A stretch of 64,000 nucleotides of DNA from NCBI GenBank assembly GCA_040752415.1, contig JBFMGU010000004.1:29134-93133 (forward strand), written 5' to 3'. Shown in pieces: positions 37,900 to 48,014 of the stretch. This DNA comes from Myxococcota bacterium (GTDB lineage Bacteria > Myxococcota > JACRCW01). Under the pieces are notes generated by a model, which was not told the DNA's origin, searched no databases, and saw only the letters and a program-made list of their open reading frames with translations. A program made the translations under genes and the position numbers. The first letter of the stretch is position 1, and each line of letters opens with the position of its first letter.

Positions 37900-38963
37900 C
37901 ACTTCCTCACCAGTCGCCCGTCGTCGAGGGCCCAGCCCGCGGTGGTGTGGGTCGTGCGGTTCTCGTCGACGAGCAGCGCTTCCACGCCGGGGAGGGAGGA
38001 CGCCAGCCGGATTCCAGCTTGCACGCCGAGAACAACCATCGACGTGGCGAGGGCGTCGGCGTCCATTCCACTGGGAGCCAGCACGGTGGCGCTCACCACA
38101 CCGCGGGAAGGCCAACCTGTTCTCAGGTCAATGATGTGGGAATAGCGCTTTCCGTCGATGGTGAAGTAGCGCTCGTAGTCTCCCGACGTGGCCAGGCCAC
38201 AATTGGTGGCGCTCACCACCGCGAGCATTCCGTTTCCGCGCGGGTCCCGCACGCCAACACTCCACGGTTCCCCGCCCCGGCTTCCGCGCAGCACCAGGTC
38301 ACCTCCCGCGTCGATGATGTGGTCCGGAAAACCGCGCGCGGTCAGCAAGGCGGATGCCTGGTCCGCGGCGTATCCCTTGCCAATGGCGCCGAACCCCACT
38401 CGCATTCCCGGCGCGGCCAGACCCGCGCGGTCTCCCTGCAGGGTGATGTTCCGGTAACCCACCAGTGCCTTTCGTTTCCCAATTTCATCGACGGCAGGCA
38501 GCTCCTTGACCTTGCGCGCGGCATCCCACAGCTCGAACAGCGGTCCGCCCGTGATGTCGAACGCTCCGCCGGTCAGCTCGGACCAGTACAGGGAGCGTTC
38601 CAGCAGCGTACGTGTGTGCTTTCCCACGGGCGTCAACTCACCACCCGCGGCGCGGTTGAGCGCGCTGACCTCCGTTTCTGGCTTCCAGTTGCTGATTTCC
38701 GCTTCCATGCGTGCGGTGGCGTCCATGGCCTCGCGCAGGGATTCCGCGGCCTGGGGCTCGCGGCCGCGCGGTGCCCAGACGGACATCTCGAAGATGGAAC
38801 CCATCAGCGCGCGCTTCTCGTGCACCACGGAGCCTGCGCCGGGACCCGTCAGCCCCGGGGGCGTGGCGGGAGCGCGTCGGGCGCCGTATGCGCCAGCGGC
38901 CAGCAGCGCCAGTCCGGCGACGACAACGGTCACTCGATGGAGAGCAGGTAGCGCAGCAGACAT
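37899..38963 (-). CDS. apbE: FAD:protein FMN transferase
   Basis: LMGS, GAFDIT, FGAIGKGYAAD, DAGGD, ATSGDYERY, YSHIIDLRTG, ADALAT. Confidence 0.93.
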   Translation of the reverse strand: MSAALPALHRVTVVVAGLALLAAGAYGARRAPATPPGLTGPGAGSVVHEKRALMGSIFEMSVWAPRGREPQAAESLREAMDATARMEAEISNWKPETEVSALNRAAGGELTPVGKHTRTLLERSLYWSELTGGAFDITGGPLFELWDAARKVKELPAVDEIGKRKALVGYRNITLQGDRAGLAAPGMRVGFGAIGKGYAADQASALLTARGFPDHIIDAGGDLVLRGSRGGEPWSVGVRDPRGNGMLAVVSATNCGLATSGDYERYFTIDGKRYSHIIDLRTGWPSRGVVSATVLAPSGMDADALATSMVVLGVQAGIRLASSLPGVEALLVDENRTTHTTAGWALDDGRLVRK

Positions 38964-41782
38964 TCGACATCCCAGACGCTGAGGTGGCTGGTGGCGCCGT
39001 GCGTGTCCGGCACGCCGTCGCGTTCGTTCAATCCGCGCTCGCGTTGTCCCGGGCGGGGCGCGTCGGGGCGGCTGTAGGGGAGGGGGCGCAGTGCGGGATG
39101 GTCCGGTGGGCACACCACCTCGCGCAGGGAGATGGCGCCGCCGTGGTGCAACAGCCGGTGCGGTTTGGCCCAGAGCCCACGCAGGGAAGGCGCAACGAAG
39201 AAACCTTCGTTCTCCTCGACGCGCCCCTTGTCGTCGGGATCCCAGCCGCGCACATAGCCGTTGATAGCGTCCAGGCGATCCGCGCTCACCAGCGTGTGGA
39301 TGTTGTCGCGCGCCGCGGCGGTGACCAGGGGCGGGAAGGCGCGGTTCTGGTTGTGCACGTTGGCCTTGTCGGTGAATGCCGGTGCGGGATGGCATCCGGC
39401 GCAGCCCACCGCGGGACTCTCGAACAGCGCGCGACCATGACGGACCATCGGGTCGTCGGGGTCCTCCGGGTTGGCAAGAAGGCGCGGCTCCTCGCCCTGG
39501 TAGGCGCCAACGAAGCGCTGGAAGTCCCTTACCGAGTACTCGCGACCCAGGTGTTTCCGCGAGATGCGTGCGAAGTGCAGCTCCCGGCGTTTCATGAGGT
39601 CCGGCAGGCGGACGTCGCGGGATTGCCAGCGGCCGGTGGCCACCACCACGGTGTCCGCGGAGCGACCGTACTTCTGGCTCTCCTCGTCGGTGGCGCGGAC
39701 GTCGTGGAAGTCTCCGGCGGGAGTCACTCCCTGGAAGTCCACCAACGGATTCTGCTCCATGATCATGGTGAGTGGCTCATCCATGGAGAGCGTCCCCTCG
39801 ACGAAGAACGGCACCTTGTGGAACAGCGCGCGCATGTCCGGGACTTCGCGGCTTCCACCGGTGCGCTCCTCGCCGTCGCGGCTCTGGCCCATCACCTGGC
39901 TCACGCTCCAGCGTTTTCCGTCGGAGGTGTCCCGGTAGTGGCAGTGCACGCAGCTCTGGTCCTGGTCCACCGAGAACACGCTGGTCTGGACGAAGAACTC
40001 TCCCAGCTCGAACTCCGTGGCGGGGAAGGGCGCGGGATGCTTGCCCACGGGGATCCCCACGCGCTCGCCACCTGTCAGGTCAATGAAGGAAATGGTTTCC
40101 CCAAGGCTATCGGCCACCACCAGCGTGTCTCCCGCCACGGCGATGCCAACGGGCTTGAATCCGGTCTTGAACACGCGCAGCGGTACCAGGCGCTCTTCCG
40201 GCGCGGCGCTCGGTTGCACCCGCCATTCCTGCACCTCGAACGTTCCCGACATGGTGACGTAGAGGCGGTCCCCCATGAGCACCATCTGCTCCGGGAAGGC
40301 GCCCCACACCTTCATCAGCGCTGCTGCCACGTCGCCCTTCTTGTCGCCAGGCAACGCTTCAAAAGTGTCGGAGGTGTAGCGGGTGAAGGATTCCACGGCC
40401 CGGTAGCTCGACACGTCGGTGACGGATGCGTCGGCAATGACGATGTCGTTGGTGATGTCGCGGAACTTCTCCTGCGCGGTCCCGTCCACGGCGTCGAACG
40501 GTCCCAGCGGGCGCTGTTGGGCAAAGGGCAACGGTTTGCCGGTGGTGACGTCGCGGAAAAGCGTGAAGTCGGCGTTGGGCGCGTTGGGATCGGTGCTTTC
40601 GCGTTCCGGATCAGGCGCCTTGGGATGCCCCGAGCCCACGCCCAGGGTGGCCATGACCAGCCGACCACCCACCCACACCAGGTCATTGACGGGCGAGCGC
40701 GTGTAGATGCGGCGCGTCTCCCTGAGCGTTTCCACGTCGATGACGGAGACGTCCAGCGAGGCGGTGTTGGCCACGTAGAGCGTCCGCCCGTCGGGGGACA
40801 GCACCAGGTCCCGGGGCTTGTCGCCTACCGAAATGCCCGGGCCCTCGTGACCCGTGGCAATCCAGTCGGAGAGCGCGCGGTAGTCCGGGTCGTGCTCGGG
40901 ATCGGTGAACACAACGCCACCCACGTGATGTCGACCGTCCAGTCCATCCGCCCAGCCACCCTTGGAGGCGGGCGTCACGGCGCGCAGCAAGGGACTTAGC
41001 GATGGATAGGACGGAAACACCTGCACCGCGGCACTCTCGAAGAGGCGATTCTCGTCGGGACCCGCGTAGAATCCGCCGGCGCCCTCGAGGTGACAGGCCC
41101 TCGTCCCGGCGCGTCCCCGCAGGATGGTCCGGATTCCTCCCGAGCGCGGCGCGGGTTGTTCGACCGTGTCCGCCACCGGCGCTCCCGCAAAGGCATCCCG
41201 GTCAAACCCCAGCTGGCGCAGCTTCCCCAGCAGGCGCCCCTCCTCCTCACGCAAGTCCACGACGAGGACCTGGTTCTTCCAGAAGTTGCTCAGGTACGCG
41301 CGGTCTCCCTGCGGAGAGATGACCAGGTCCTCGCAGTAGAATGGGACCTCGATCTCACTGGTGACCTCGTCGCGACGGGTGTCGATCACCGAGATGGCGT
41401 TGGTGTAGCGGTGGGTTACCAACACGAAGCGTCCGGAGGGATGCAGCGCCAGGGCCTGCGGGTAGGAACCCACGGCAATTCGCTTGAGCTCGCGACGCCG
41501 CGCCACGTCGACAACCACCACCTCGTTGCCCGGTGCGGACTCCTTGCCCGCCAGGGACACATACGCGCGGGTCCCGTCCGCGGTGGCCACCACCCGCCAC
41601 GGTCGTGTGCGCTTGGGCTGGGGTTGCGCCCGGGGATCGGGATTGGGCACGGCGGAGAGCGTGCGGCGCCAGGTTGGCGCGGCCTTGGCGTCAACCGCTG
41701 GAGGCGCGGGATGGCATGCAAGCGTTGCGAACACTGCGATGGCAAGACAAGCCCGACCCAACACCGACCACCTCTCCCGCAT
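38930..41782 (-). CDS. YVTN/YncE beta-propeller fused to a di-heme CcP/MauG-like cytochrome c (HzsB+HzsC-like architecture), lipoprotein
   Basis: Lipobox TLAC; IAVGSYP, VGDKPRD..VANTAS.DVSVID repeats; CVHCH; GRALF...CAGCH; APSLRGLW..LLHHG. Confidence 0.8.
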   Translation of the reverse strand: MRERWSVLGRACLAIAVFATLACHPAPPAVDAKAAPTWRRTLSAVPNPDPRAQPQPKRTRPWRVVATADGTRAYVSLAGKESAPGNEVVVVDVARRRELKRIAVGSYPQALALHPSGRFVLVTHRYTNAISVIDTRRDEVTSEIEVPFYCEDLVISPQGDRAYLSNFWKNQVLVVDLREEEGRLLGKLRQLGFDRDAFAGAPVADTVEQPAPRSGGIRTILRGRAGTRACHLEGAGGFYAGPDENRLFESAAVQVFPSYPSLSPLLRAVTPASKGGWADGLDGRHHVGGVVFTDPEHDPDYRALSDWIATGHEGPGISVGDKPRDLVLSPDGRTLYVANTASLDVSVIDVETLRETRRIYTRSPVNDLVWVGGRLVMATLGVGSGHPKAPDPERESTDPNAPNADFTLFRDVTTGKPLPFAQQRPLGPFDAVDGTAQEKFRDITNDIVIADASVTDVSSYRAVESFTRYTSDTFEALPGDKKGDVAAALMKVWGAFPEQMVLMGDRLYVTMSGTFEVQEWRVQPSAAPEERLVPLRVFKTGFKPVGIAVAGDTLVVADSLGETISFIDLTGGERVGIPVGKHPAPFPATEFELGEFFVQTSVFSVDQDQSCVHCHYRDTSDGKRWSVSQVMGQSRDGEERTGGSREVPDMRALFHKVPFFVEGTLSMDEPLTMIMEQNPLVDFQGVTPAGDFHDVRATDEESQKYGRSADTVVVATGRWQSRDVRLPDLMKRRELHFARISRKHLGREYSVRDFQRFVGAYQGEEPRLLANPEDPDDPMVRHGRALFESPAVGCAGCHPAPAFTDKANVHNQNRAFPPLVTAAARDNIHTLVSADRLDAINGYVRGWDPDDKGRVEENEGFFVAPSLRGLWAKPHRLLHHGGAISLREVVCPPDHPALRPLPYSRPDAPRPGQRERGLNERDGVPDTHGATSHLSVWDVECLLRYLLSIE

Positions 41783-42145
41783 GACCGTCCGTCGTGACCC
41801 GGTGGAACCAGCGAGCGAATGCGTTCCGTTGCGCGCGCCCCGGCCCAAGCAAGTGGCATTCCCCGTCTCTCGGCAATCGTTTCATTTGTCGGCAGCGTGA
41901 CCGCGCAACCGTCACGCTGGTTGTGCAATCCGCGCGACGCACCGGTCCTCGACGAGAGAGACCCCGGAACCGCTCATGAGACGCAATTCTCGCGACCGGG
42001 ATGGACCGTCAACCATCATGAATGGCGAAAGCCGTGCGTCGCCGCGTCATGGGGCGGATTTCGCAAACGCGAATCGGATGCACTCCCCGCATTGGATTCT
42101 GCGCGGGCCGCCGCTTCTGCGCGCTTGGGTCATGGGCCCGGCAGC

Positions 42146-45100
42146 TCATACGCCTCTTGGCTGGCCAGTCACCGACGCAGGAACCTCCCGCTTGTCCGTG
42201 CTGGTCACGGCGGAGAGCGAGTGCTGCCGCCAGATGACATACAGCGCGGGGATGACGAACAACGTCAGCAACGTCAACGTCACCAGGCCGCCCCACATGG
42301 GTGCCGCGATGCGTTTGGCCATGTCCGCGCCCACGTCGTCGTCAAGCAGGACGGGGATGAGACCGAGCAGGTTCATTCCCACGGTCATCAGCAACGGTCG
42401 CACGCGCGGCGCGGCACCCTCCACGCCCATCTCCACCAGGTCGTTGACGGACTTCAACCGTCCCTCCTGGCGCCAACGCGCATACGCTTCATCCAGGTAG
42501 ATGACCATCACCGACGCCGTCTCCGCCGCCACGCCCAGCAACGCGATCATTCCCACCCACACCGCGACGGAGGTGTTGAACTTCACCGCCCAGAGCAGCC
42601 AGAGCGAGCCCACCGCGGCAAAGGGAACGGATGCCATGACGAGGAGGACCTGGGCGGCGTTGCGGAAGTTGAAGAACAGGATGATGAAGATGAGGAGCAA
42701 CGTCAGCGGAATGACGTAGGTCAGTCGCTTCGCGGTGCGCTCCATGAACTCGTATTGACCACTGAACTTCAGCAGGTAGCCAGGCGGCAGCGGCAATTGC
42801 TCAGCCAGGACGGCGCGGGCTTCCTTGACGTAGGAGCCGATGTCGCGCTGGGATTCGTCGACGTCGACGTAGACCCACCCGGTGAGCATGCCCCCTTCGT
42901 CCTTGATCATCGCGGGGCCGGGCTCGATCTCAAACCTGCCAAGCTGCGCCAACGGTACGAAACCGCGCGGAGCCGCCGACGACGCCACGGGAGTCCTCAC
43001 ACCACTGGCGGCCATCGTCGTGGGTCGTGACGTTTGCCCACCACCGCCGCCCATGCCGCCCATTCCTGTACCGCCACCCATGGAAGGCGACATGCCTCCG
43101 GCGCCACCCATGCCACCCATGCCGCCGGCAGACGCACCGAGTGTTCTTGGAAGGGTCCCGCCCGTCGTGGGAAGCGAACCTCCCTGCATCCCGCTGCCCA
43201 TGGACGCCATCCCGGCGCCCACCGTTGTCGACGGACCGGCTGCCGGGAGCGAGATGGGAACCAGCGTGCGCTCGAGCGCGTCGATGGTCTGACGGACATC
43301 TCGCGGATAGCGAACAACGATGGGAATCCGGCTGCTGCCTTCAAACGCTGTCGACACCTCCATGCCGCCCACACCCATGTCGATGATGCTGAGCACGTCG
43401 GAGATGCGCAGTCCGTAGCGCGCAATGGCCTCCCGGTCCGGCTTGAAGTCCAGGAAGAGGCCACCCAGCTCCCGCTCCGCGTAGACACTTCGCGTGCCGG
43501 GGATGTTGCGCAGGATGCCCTCGGACTCCTCGGCAAGTCGCGCAATCTCCTTCAGGTCACTGCCATGGATCTTGACGCCCACCGCGGTGCGGATTCCCGT
43601 GGAGAGCATGTCCACGCGGGCCTTGATGGGCATGGTCCACGCATTCTGCAGGCCGGGCAGCCGTGCAGCGGCCTCCAACTCCTGCTGCAGCTTCTGCCGC
43701 GTCATCCCTTCCCGCCACTCCTCGCGCGGTTTGAAACGCACCACGGTCTCGAACATGGAGAGCGGAGCGGGGTCCGTGGCCGTCTCCGCGCGTCCCAACT
43801 TCCCGAACACCTGCGCCACTTCCGGAATGGCGCGCACACGTCGATCCTGTTCCTGCAGCAGTTTCCTGGCCTCGGCGATGGAGATGCTGGGGAGGGTGAT
43901 GGGCATCAGGAAGGCATCGCCCTCGTCGAGGGGCGGGAGGAACTCCGAGCCCAGGTGGCGGATGGGGTGGATGGTGCTTCCCACGATGAGCAGGGCGAGT
44001 GTTGCGACGATCCAGCGGTGCCGCAGTGCGACCCTGAGCACGGGTCGATAGAGGGCGGTGGCCACCCGCGCCATCGGGTTCTGCTCCTCGGGTCGGATGC
44101 GGCCTTTGATGAACGTCACCATCAACGCCGGGACCAACGTGATGCCCAGGATGGCGGCGAACAGCATGGCAAAACCCTTGGTCATGGCCAGTGGCTTGAA
44201 CAGCCGGCCCTCCTGCGCCTGCAACGCGAACACCGGCAGGAACGAAACCGTGATGACCAGGAGCGAGCCGAACAGCGACGGACCGAGGTCCTTGGCCACG
44301 CCAATGATGACGTCCTCCCGCGCGGCACCTCCGCGCGCCAGGCGCCGGTGCGACTCCTCGATCATCACCACCGCGGAATCCACCATGTCCCCAACGGCGA
44401 TGATGATGCCCGCCAGCGACATGATGTTGACGGTGACGTCGAGCGCCTTGAGTGGGAGGAAGGCCAGCACCGTGGCGGCGGGCAGGGCGATGATGGGCAC
44501 CAGGCTGCTGCGCAGGTGGAGCAACGCCAGCGCAATGGTCATGATGACGACGAGCATCACCAGCAACAGGTTGTCCAGGAGCGTTCGCACCGAGCCCAGG
44601 ATGACGCCGGAACGGTCATAGGTCGGCACCAGCTTCACGCCCTCCGGAAAGGAGGATTCCACTTCCGCGATCTTCTCCTTGACCCGGTCAATGACCTCGA
44701 GCGCGTTCTCTCCCTGGCGCATGATGACAATGCCGCCGACCACCTCCTGCGCGCCGTCCAGGTCGGCCAACCCGCGACGCAGGCGACCGCCGACAACCAC
44801 CTGCGCCACGTCGGAGAGACGCACGGGAACGCCGCGGGCATCCACCTTGATCACGGCACTCCTGAGCTCTGCTTCATCCTTGATGAGGCCGCGCCCGCGC
44901 ACCACGTATTCATGGCCGCTCATCTCCACCACGCGTCCACCGACGTCCGCATTGGACCCACGCACCGCCTCCGCCACCTCCGCCACGCCAACGCCCACGG
45001 CGGCGGATTTCACCGGGTCCAGCTCGATCTGGAATTCCCGGACGAAGCCACCAATGCTCGCCACCTCCGCCACGCCGGGAACCGCGGCCAACCAGTAGCG

Positions 45101-45592
45101 CAGCACCCAATCCTGGAAGGTGCGGAGCTCCACCAGGCTGTGCCGGTTCGTCGGGTCGACGAGCACGTATTCAAAGACCCATCCCAGGCTGGTGGCGTCG
45201 GGCCCGAGCTGAGGCGTGACGCCGGCGGGCAGGAGACCCTGGATGCGGGGGAGGTATTGCAGGACCGAGGTGCGGGCTTCGGTCGGGTCGGTGCCGTCCT
45301 CGAAGACCACGTAGACGAAGCTCATCCCCACCATGGTGAAGCCGCGCACCAGCTTGACCTTGGGAGCGGAGAGGAACGTGGTGATGAGCGGATAGGTGAC
45401 CTGCTGCTCAATCAACGTGGGGCTCTGGCCCATCCACTCGGATGCGATGATGACCTGGGTGTCGGAGATGTCGGGAAGCGCGTCGAGCGGCGTGCGGGTT
45501 GCTTGAAGCGCAGCGAAGGCGCAGGAGAGCGCGGTGGCCAGGTACACCACCTTCCGGTGTCGGCCGCACAGCTCGATGAGCTTCTGCAACAT
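42146..45592 (-). CDS. cusA: CusA/CzcA heavy-metal RND transporter
   Basis: DALPDISDTQV, GPDATSLGWV, NIMSLAG, MPIKARVDMLSTG, RVRPLLMT, IAAPMWGG. Confidence 0.95.
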   Translation of the reverse strand: MLQKLIELCGRHRKVVYLATALSCAFAALQATRTPLDALPDISDTQVIIASEWMGQSPTLIEQQVTYPLITTFLSAPKVKLVRGFTMVGMSFVYVVFEDGTDPTEARTSVLQYLPRIQGLLPAGVTPQLGPDATSLGWVFEYVLVDPTNRHSLVELRTFQDWVLRYWLAAVPGVAEVASIGGFVREFQIELDPVKSAAVGVGVAEVAEAVRGSNADVGGRVVEMSGHEYVVRGRGLIKDEAELRSAVIKVDARGVPVRLSDVAQVVVGGRLRRGLADLDGAQEVVGGIVIMRQGENALEVIDRVKEKIAEVESSFPEGVKLVPTYDRSGVILGSVRTLLDNLLLVMLVVIMTIALALLHLRSSLVPIIALPAATVLAFLPLKALDVTVNIMSLAGIIIAVGDMVDSAVVMIEESHRRLARGGAAREDVIIGVAKDLGPSLFGSLLVITVSFLPVFALQAQEGRLFKPLAMTKGFAMLFAAILGITLVPALMVTFIKGRIRPEEQNPMARVATALYRPVLRVALRHRWIVATLALLIVGSTIHPIRHLGSEFLPPLDEGDAFLMPITLPSISIAEARKLLQEQDRRVRAIPEVAQVFGKLGRAETATDPAPLSMFETVVRFKPREEWREGMTRQKLQQELEAAARLPGLQNAWTMPIKARVDMLSTGIRTAVGVKIHGSDLKEIARLAEESEGILRNIPGTRSVYAERELGGLFLDFKPDREAIARYGLRISDVLSIIDMGVGGMEVSTAFEGSSRIPIVVRYPRDVRQTIDALERTLVPISLPAAGPSTTVGAGMASMGSGMQGGSLPTTGGTLPRTLGASAGGMGGMGGAGGMSPSMGGGTGMGGMGGGGGQTSRPTTMAASGVRTPVASSAAPRGFVPLAQLGRFEIEPGPAMIKDEGGMLTGWVYVDVDESQRDIGSYVKEARAVLAEQLPLPPGYLLKFSGQYEFMERTAKRLTYVIPLTLLLIFIILFFNFRNAAQVLLVMASVPFAAVGSLWLLWAVKFNTSVAVWVGMIALLGVAAETASVMVIYLDEAYARWRQEGRLKSVNDLVEMGVEGAAPRVRPLLMTVGMNLLGLIPVLLDDDVGADMAKRIAAPMWGGLVTLTLLTLFVIPALYVIWRQHSLSAVTSTDKREVPASVTGQPRGV

Positions 45593-46740
45593 CAGTGGCC
45601 TCCGTGCCCGGCGTGGCCGGTAGCGCTGGTCCGCAACTGGCTCTCCGCGTCGAGGACGAACTGCGCGGCCACCACCACCGGCTCATTGGCGCGCAACCCG
45701 GACTTCACCTCCACCAGCCCTGGGACCCTTCTGCCCAGCTGCACCTCACGCGCCTGGAAGCGTCCTTCCCCGGTCTGCACGAAGACGAGCGCGCGCTGGC
45801 CGGTGAGAAGCACCGCCTGGTCGGGAATGGCCAGTCCGGCGCGTCCGCCGGCTTCGATGGAGAGCGTCCCGTATGCGCCCGGCTTGAGAGCACCATCCGC
45901 GTTGTCCAGGGTCAGTCGCACGCTGACGGTGCGCGTGGCGGGTTGCACCGTGGGGGAGATGAACTCCAGCTCGCCGGTACGCACGCCACCACCACCGTCC
46001 ACCTCGACACGCACCGGCGAGCCCACGCGGATGTCGTCGAGCTCGTGCGTGTACACGTCCGCCACCACCCACACCCGGGTCAGGTCGGCCACCTCGAAGA
46101 GATGCACATCCGGTCCCACGTACAGACCCTGCACCGCGTCCTTCACCGTGATCGTTCCACTGAGCGGACTGTGGAGCGTGACCGTGCGCTTGGGCGTCCG
46201 GGTGCGCGCCAGGGAATCCAGGAACGAAGGAGCCAGGTCCCACAGGGTGAGGCGCTGACGTGCCGCGCGGGCCAATGCCTGACGGCTCTTGATTTCCGCT
46301 TCGGAAGCCCCACGCTTGCGCGCCTCGTCAACCTGGTGGAGCGCGTTGACGTACTCGGACTGCGCCGCCAGCACCTCCGGGGAGAAGATCTCGACGAGGG
46401 GATCGCCTTTCTTCACTTTCTGGCCGATGTAGTTCGCGTGGAGCTTCTCGATGTAGCCGCTGAACCGCGTGTGGATGTGCGCCACCTTCCGCTCATCCAC
46501 GGTCACCACCGCCACGGCGCGAATGGTCCGCGCAAACTCCTCCAGGCGTGGCATTTCCACCCGCAATCCCACGGCGCGGATTTCGTCGGGGCTTAGCGCC
46601 ACTTCAACGGGGGTGGAGGTCTCGGTCCGTGGGGTGTCCTGACCGGCGCGGGACGGGGCGGGTGGTGCGGCATGTCCGGCGTGCGGTCCTTCCTGCGCCA
46701 GGACCATCCATCCCGCCATCAACCACGCCGCGCCGTTCAT
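45592..46740 (-). CDS. cusB: CusB-type efflux membrane fusion protein
   Basis: GYIEKL...VKKGDPL.EIFSPE, ADLTRVWV, TRTV.VR, LKPG, QFVLDAES; C-terminal HAGHGGH. Confidence 0.92.
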   Translation of the reverse strand: MNGAAWLMAGWMVLAQEGPHAGHAAPPAPSRAGQDTPRTETSTPVEVALSPDEIRAVGLRVEMPRLEEFARTIRAVAVVTVDERKVAHIHTRFSGYIEKLHANYIGQKVKKGDPLVEIFSPEVLAAQSEYVNALHQVDEARKRGASEAEIKSRQALARAARQRLTLWDLAPSFLDSLARTRTPKRTVTLHSPLSGTITVKDAVQGLYVGPDVHLFEVADLTRVWVVADVYTHELDDIRVGSPVRVEVDGGGGVRTGELEFISPTVQPATRTVSVRLTLDNADGALKPGAYGTLSIEAGGRAGLAIPDQAVLLTGQRALVFVQTGEGRFQAREVQLGRRVPGLVEVKSGLRANEPVVVAAQFVLDAESQLRTSATGHAGHGGH

Positions 46741-48014
46741 GGGACCGTCCTTTCGTCGAGATGGCCAATGGCAGCGTCAAGCTCCGCAAGCGCCGCCTCA
46801 CGCTCCGCGCGCACCGTGACCAGCTCCAGCTCGATGCCCTGGAGTTGACGTCGTGATTCCAGCACCTCCAACGCGGACGCTTCGCCCGCCGCCAGTGCGG
46901 CCTGGGCAGCATCCAGTGCCTCCCGGGCGCGCGGTTCCAGCGCGGAGAGAATCAGGTCCTCCCGTTGCTCCGACGTGGTGATGCGGGAGACGGCCGCCTG
47001 GATCTCGGCGTGGATCCGCAGCTCCGCGGCGCGGGCGTCTTCCACCGCGGCGCGGGCACGGGCGCGGGCAATGTCCACGTCCTGCAGTTGGCGCCACGGC
47101 GCGAAGATGGGCAGCGGAATGGAGATGCCCGCGCCAATCATCGGGGTCATGGGAACCGCGGGACCCATCTTGGCGTCGGGCATTTCGCCCGGGCGGGTTT
47201 CCGCCATCACCATGAGCATGGGGTCGGGAAGCAACGAGCGCCTTGCCATGGTGGCTTCCGCGTTGGCGGACTTCTGCGCCGCGCGCGACATGGCGAGCTC
47301 CGGCCGGCCCGCCACGGCCAGCGCGAAGAGCTGGTTGACGTCGTAGGGCCGTCGCGGCGTCATCCGTGCGCTCGGGTTGCCCACCGGCGCGTCCGGCGTG
47401 GCCCGCAACGCATTGATGATGGCGGACAGGGTTGCGCGCTGCTGTTGCAGGACCAGCATCTCCGTCTTGATGGCCTCCCGCTCCGCCTGCACGCGCAGCA
47501 CGCCGTGGTGCATGGACCGCCCCGACGCGTATTGCGCCAACGCGCTCTGTTCGATGGCCTCCAGTGTGTGTCCCGCTTCGCGGTTGATTCGTTGCGCTTC
47601 GCCATTGAGCCAGAGGTCCCAGAACGCAACCCGCGCGGCGCGCCGCAGACCAATGCGTGCCATCTTCTCGTCGGCACGGGCCATCGCCACCATGGCTTCC
47701 GCCATCTGGGCCTTCAGGAAGGGCATGCCGGTGATGGGCACCATGACGCCGGCCTGGGCGGAGACCAACGGAGCGGCGAGCGCGGACGAGGGCTCCATCC
47801 ACGTTCGCGGGTCGGTGGGCACCTCCTCCACCTGCACGCTGACCACCGGCTCCTCGGGAACCCGGGCGCGCGTGACCCCACCTCGTGCTGCCACGACGCG
47901 CAACTGCGCGGCGCGGACGGAGGGATTCGCAGTGTCGACCTGGGCCAGGAGATCCTCGAGGCCAAGGCCCGGCGCCTGGGCGAGCAACAGCGAAGCCAGG
48001 AGGCTCATCACCAT
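46737..48014 (-). CDS. TolC/CusC outer-membrane efflux protein
   Basis: Signal peptide; ANPSVRAA, RPELA, SIPLP; first gene of the RND operon. Confidence 0.88.
   Translation of the reverse strand: MVMSLLASLLLAQAPGLGLEDLLAQVDTANPSVRAAQLRVVAARGGVTRARVPEEPVVSVQVEEVPTDPRTWMEPSSALAAPLVSAQAGVMVPITGMPFLKAQMAEAMVAMARADEKMARIGLRRAARVAFWDLWLNGEAQRINREAGHTLEAIEQSALAQYASGRSMHHGVLRVQAEREAIKTEMLVLQQQRATLSAIINALRATPDAPVGNPSARMTPRRPYDVNQLFALAVAGRPELAMSRAAQKSANAEATMARRSLLPDPMLMVMAETRPGEMPDAKMGPAVPMTPMIGAGISIPLPIFAPWRQLQDVDIARARARAAVEDARAAELRIHAEIQAAVSRITTSEQREDLILSALEPRAREALDAAQAALAAGEASALEVLESRRQLQGIELELVTVRAEREAALAELDAAIGHLDERTVP

Noticed and set aside
34681..41782. Claim that the organism performs anammox or that these are true hzsABC
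   Set aside because: Only architectural and motif resemblance; HzsA-related and propeller-CcP proteins occur outside anammox bacteria, the context looks myxobacterial, and no HAO/HDH is evident
41893..41919. Palindrome CAGCGTGAC-N9-GTCACGCTG upstream of the redox operon
   Set aside because: Could be an operator, but it is GC-rich, seen once and matches no spacing I can assign, so it is not supportable alone
43034..46258. Very long opposite-strand ORFs (also 34774-37419, 38711-40999, 54372-56837, 15370-17934)
   Set aside because: Antisense shadows of well-supported genes in high-GC DNA, with no recognisable motifs
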